DNA of 63,925 bases, the filler included, from Octopus bimaculoides (lineage: Eukaryota), in NCBI RefSeq assembly GCF_001194135.2. It is 6 parts of 6 records of this genome, joined end to end, with 100 filler letters (N's around TTAATTAATTAA, not from the genome) between each part and the next. Parts side by side here need not be neighbours in the genome. Positions count along the whole stretch, not along the records: positions 62,631 to 63,925 come from NC_068985.1; 5 more parts are not named here. One strand, 5' to 3'. Below the pieces are notes generated by a model. It ran no database searches. It saw nothing but the letters and a program-made list of their open reading frames with translations, and was not told where the DNA came from. Positions within the stretch are counted from its first letter, which is position 1; every line of letters begins with the position of its first letter. Shown here piece after piece: positions 62,631 to 63,925 of this stretch. Position numbers and translations under genes: made by a program.

Positions 62631-63920
62631 CTGAGAGCGTTAGAATTCGCCAAGCAGTATGTCAACATCGATAGTTCGGAAATAGACATTATAATGCACG
62701 CCAGAAAATCGCTACTTTTTCATGAAGGATCCACCTGGATTAAAAAGAGTGATGATTCTCTTTTCGATGTACCGATGGGAGCATACGACGGGGCGGAATT
62801 GTGCACGCTTATAGGGGCTTACATTCTGCATTATCTAAAACAGGAATTTCCGTTTATAGACGCAGGATTATATAGGGATGACGGTCTTATAGTCACCCAT
62901 AATTTAAACGGCCACGAACTAGATAAGCTCAGGAAGGATCTTATAGCTTTCTTCCAAAGGATAGTTTTACGGATAACAGTAGATACTAACCTAAAAACAG
63001 TAGATTTCTTAGACGTAAATTTAGACTTAGGTTCGAATATATTTAAGCCTTACCGTAAACCAAACGACAAACTATCCTATATCAGCAGAGAATCCAACCA
63101 TCCGCCTGTTATTCTTAGAAACTTAGCTAGTAACGTAGGTAGGCGAATTTCGTCAATTTCTGCAGACGAAACAACATTCCGCAACGCTGCACCGTATTAT
63201 GATAGTGCTTTAAGGAACAGTGGATTCTCTGAGAGGATCCAGTACACCCAATCTAATGCTGGCAGCAGACCGGCACGTAGAACTAGGACTAGGAAAGTTT
63301 TGTGGTTCAACCCGGCTTTCAATATGGCCGTAAAAACGAATATAGGTAAAGAATTCTTAAAATTAGTCACTAGGCACTTTCAACCTGATCATAAGTTTTA
63401 TAGAATATTTAACAGAAGAACGCTTAAGATTAGTTATTCTTGCTGCAAGAACTTCGCCTCTTTAATCAGCCAGCACAACATTAAAATAATTACCAAAAAC
63501 AATAATGCAGACCAGCTTACAAGGGCCTGTAATTGCAAAGACCCAACCTCCTGTCCGTTGGAAGGAAGATGTCTAGAAAAATGCATCGTATATAGGGTCA
63601 AAGTCCAGATAGAAGGCTCGCATGATTATAGAACATATACGGGGGCTACAGAAAATTCTTTCAAAACCAGACTGTATTTGCATAAAAATTCTTTTAAGTA
63701 CCCTGAAAATAGAACAAAAACGAGCCTGGCAAAATACGTCTGGCATTTAAAGGAGAATGAAGCCCAGCCTTTCAGCGTGACATGGAGGATTTTAGGCAAA
63801 GCATCGCCTTACAGGCACGGTGCCCATAAGAGACCATTGAAATGTGATCTTTGTTTATTGGAAAAAATGAATATCTTGTTCCAGGATAAGAAGGCGCTAA
63901 ACCAAAGACGCGAACTTTAA
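62631..63920 (+). CDS. Penelope-like retroelement polyprotein: reverse transcriptase + C-terminal GIY-YIG endonuclease (Naiad-like); 5' end lost in gap
   Basis: Frame open from the first base after the gap (LRALEFAKQY...) to TAA at 63918-63920; FDVPMGAYDGAE, GLYRDDGL, VDFLDV, PYRKPND, ESNHPP, WFNP, CNCKDPTSCPLEGRCL, IVY..TYTGATENSFKTR, CDLCLLEK. Confidence 0.93.
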   Translation: MRALEFAKQYVNIDSSEIDIIMHARKSLLFHEGSTWIKKSDDSLFDVPMGAYDGAELCTLIGAYILHYLKQEFPFIDAGLYRDDGLIVTHNLNGHELDKLRKDLIAFFQRIVLRITVDTNLKTVDFLDVNLDLGSNIFKPYRKPNDKLSYISRESNHPPVILRNLASNVGRRISSISADETTFRNAAPYYDSALRNSGFSERIQYTQSNAGSRPARRTRTRKVLWFNPAFNMAVKTNIGKEFLKLVTRHFQPDHKFYRIFNRRTLKISYSCCKNFASLISQHNIKIITKNNNADQLTRACNCKDPTSCPLEGRCLEKCIVYRVKVQIEGSHDYRTYTGATENSFKTRLYLHKNSFKYPENRTKTSLAKYVWHLKENEAQPFSVTWRILGKASPYRHGAHKRPLKCDLCLLEKMNILFQDKKALNQRREL

Positions 63921-63925
63921 ACACA

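Overview
AT-rich, gap-riddled eukaryotic nuclear DNA, most likely from an octopus or other coleoid cephalopod (inferred from a cox1 mitochondrial insertion, tRNA-derived SINE families and heavy microsatellite load). No host protein-coding gene can be supported; almost all short ORFs in the track are microsatellite, N-gap or antisense-transposon artefacts. The window is mostly transposon remains: three SINE families, RTE LINEs, three RLE-type (R4/Dong-like, NeSL/HERO-like) non-LTR relics, four Tc1/mariner relics, two Merlin transposase relics, several MITEs with intact TIRs and TSDs, and a Helitron 3' end. It also holds Penelope-like elements (PLEs), including an uninterrupted RT + GIY-YIG ORF of at least 430 codons at the right edge. 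The most interesting unannotated signal is a set of type I hammerhead ribozyme motifs: a near-canonical Schistosoma-like fold at 30125-30195 (-), an apparently tandem pair with long stem II at 60311-60403 and 60681-60773 (+) upstream of the PLE ORF, and decayed motifs at about 11.4 kb and 39.5 kb. Folds and translations were done by eye; repeat boundaries without TIR/TSD support are approximate.
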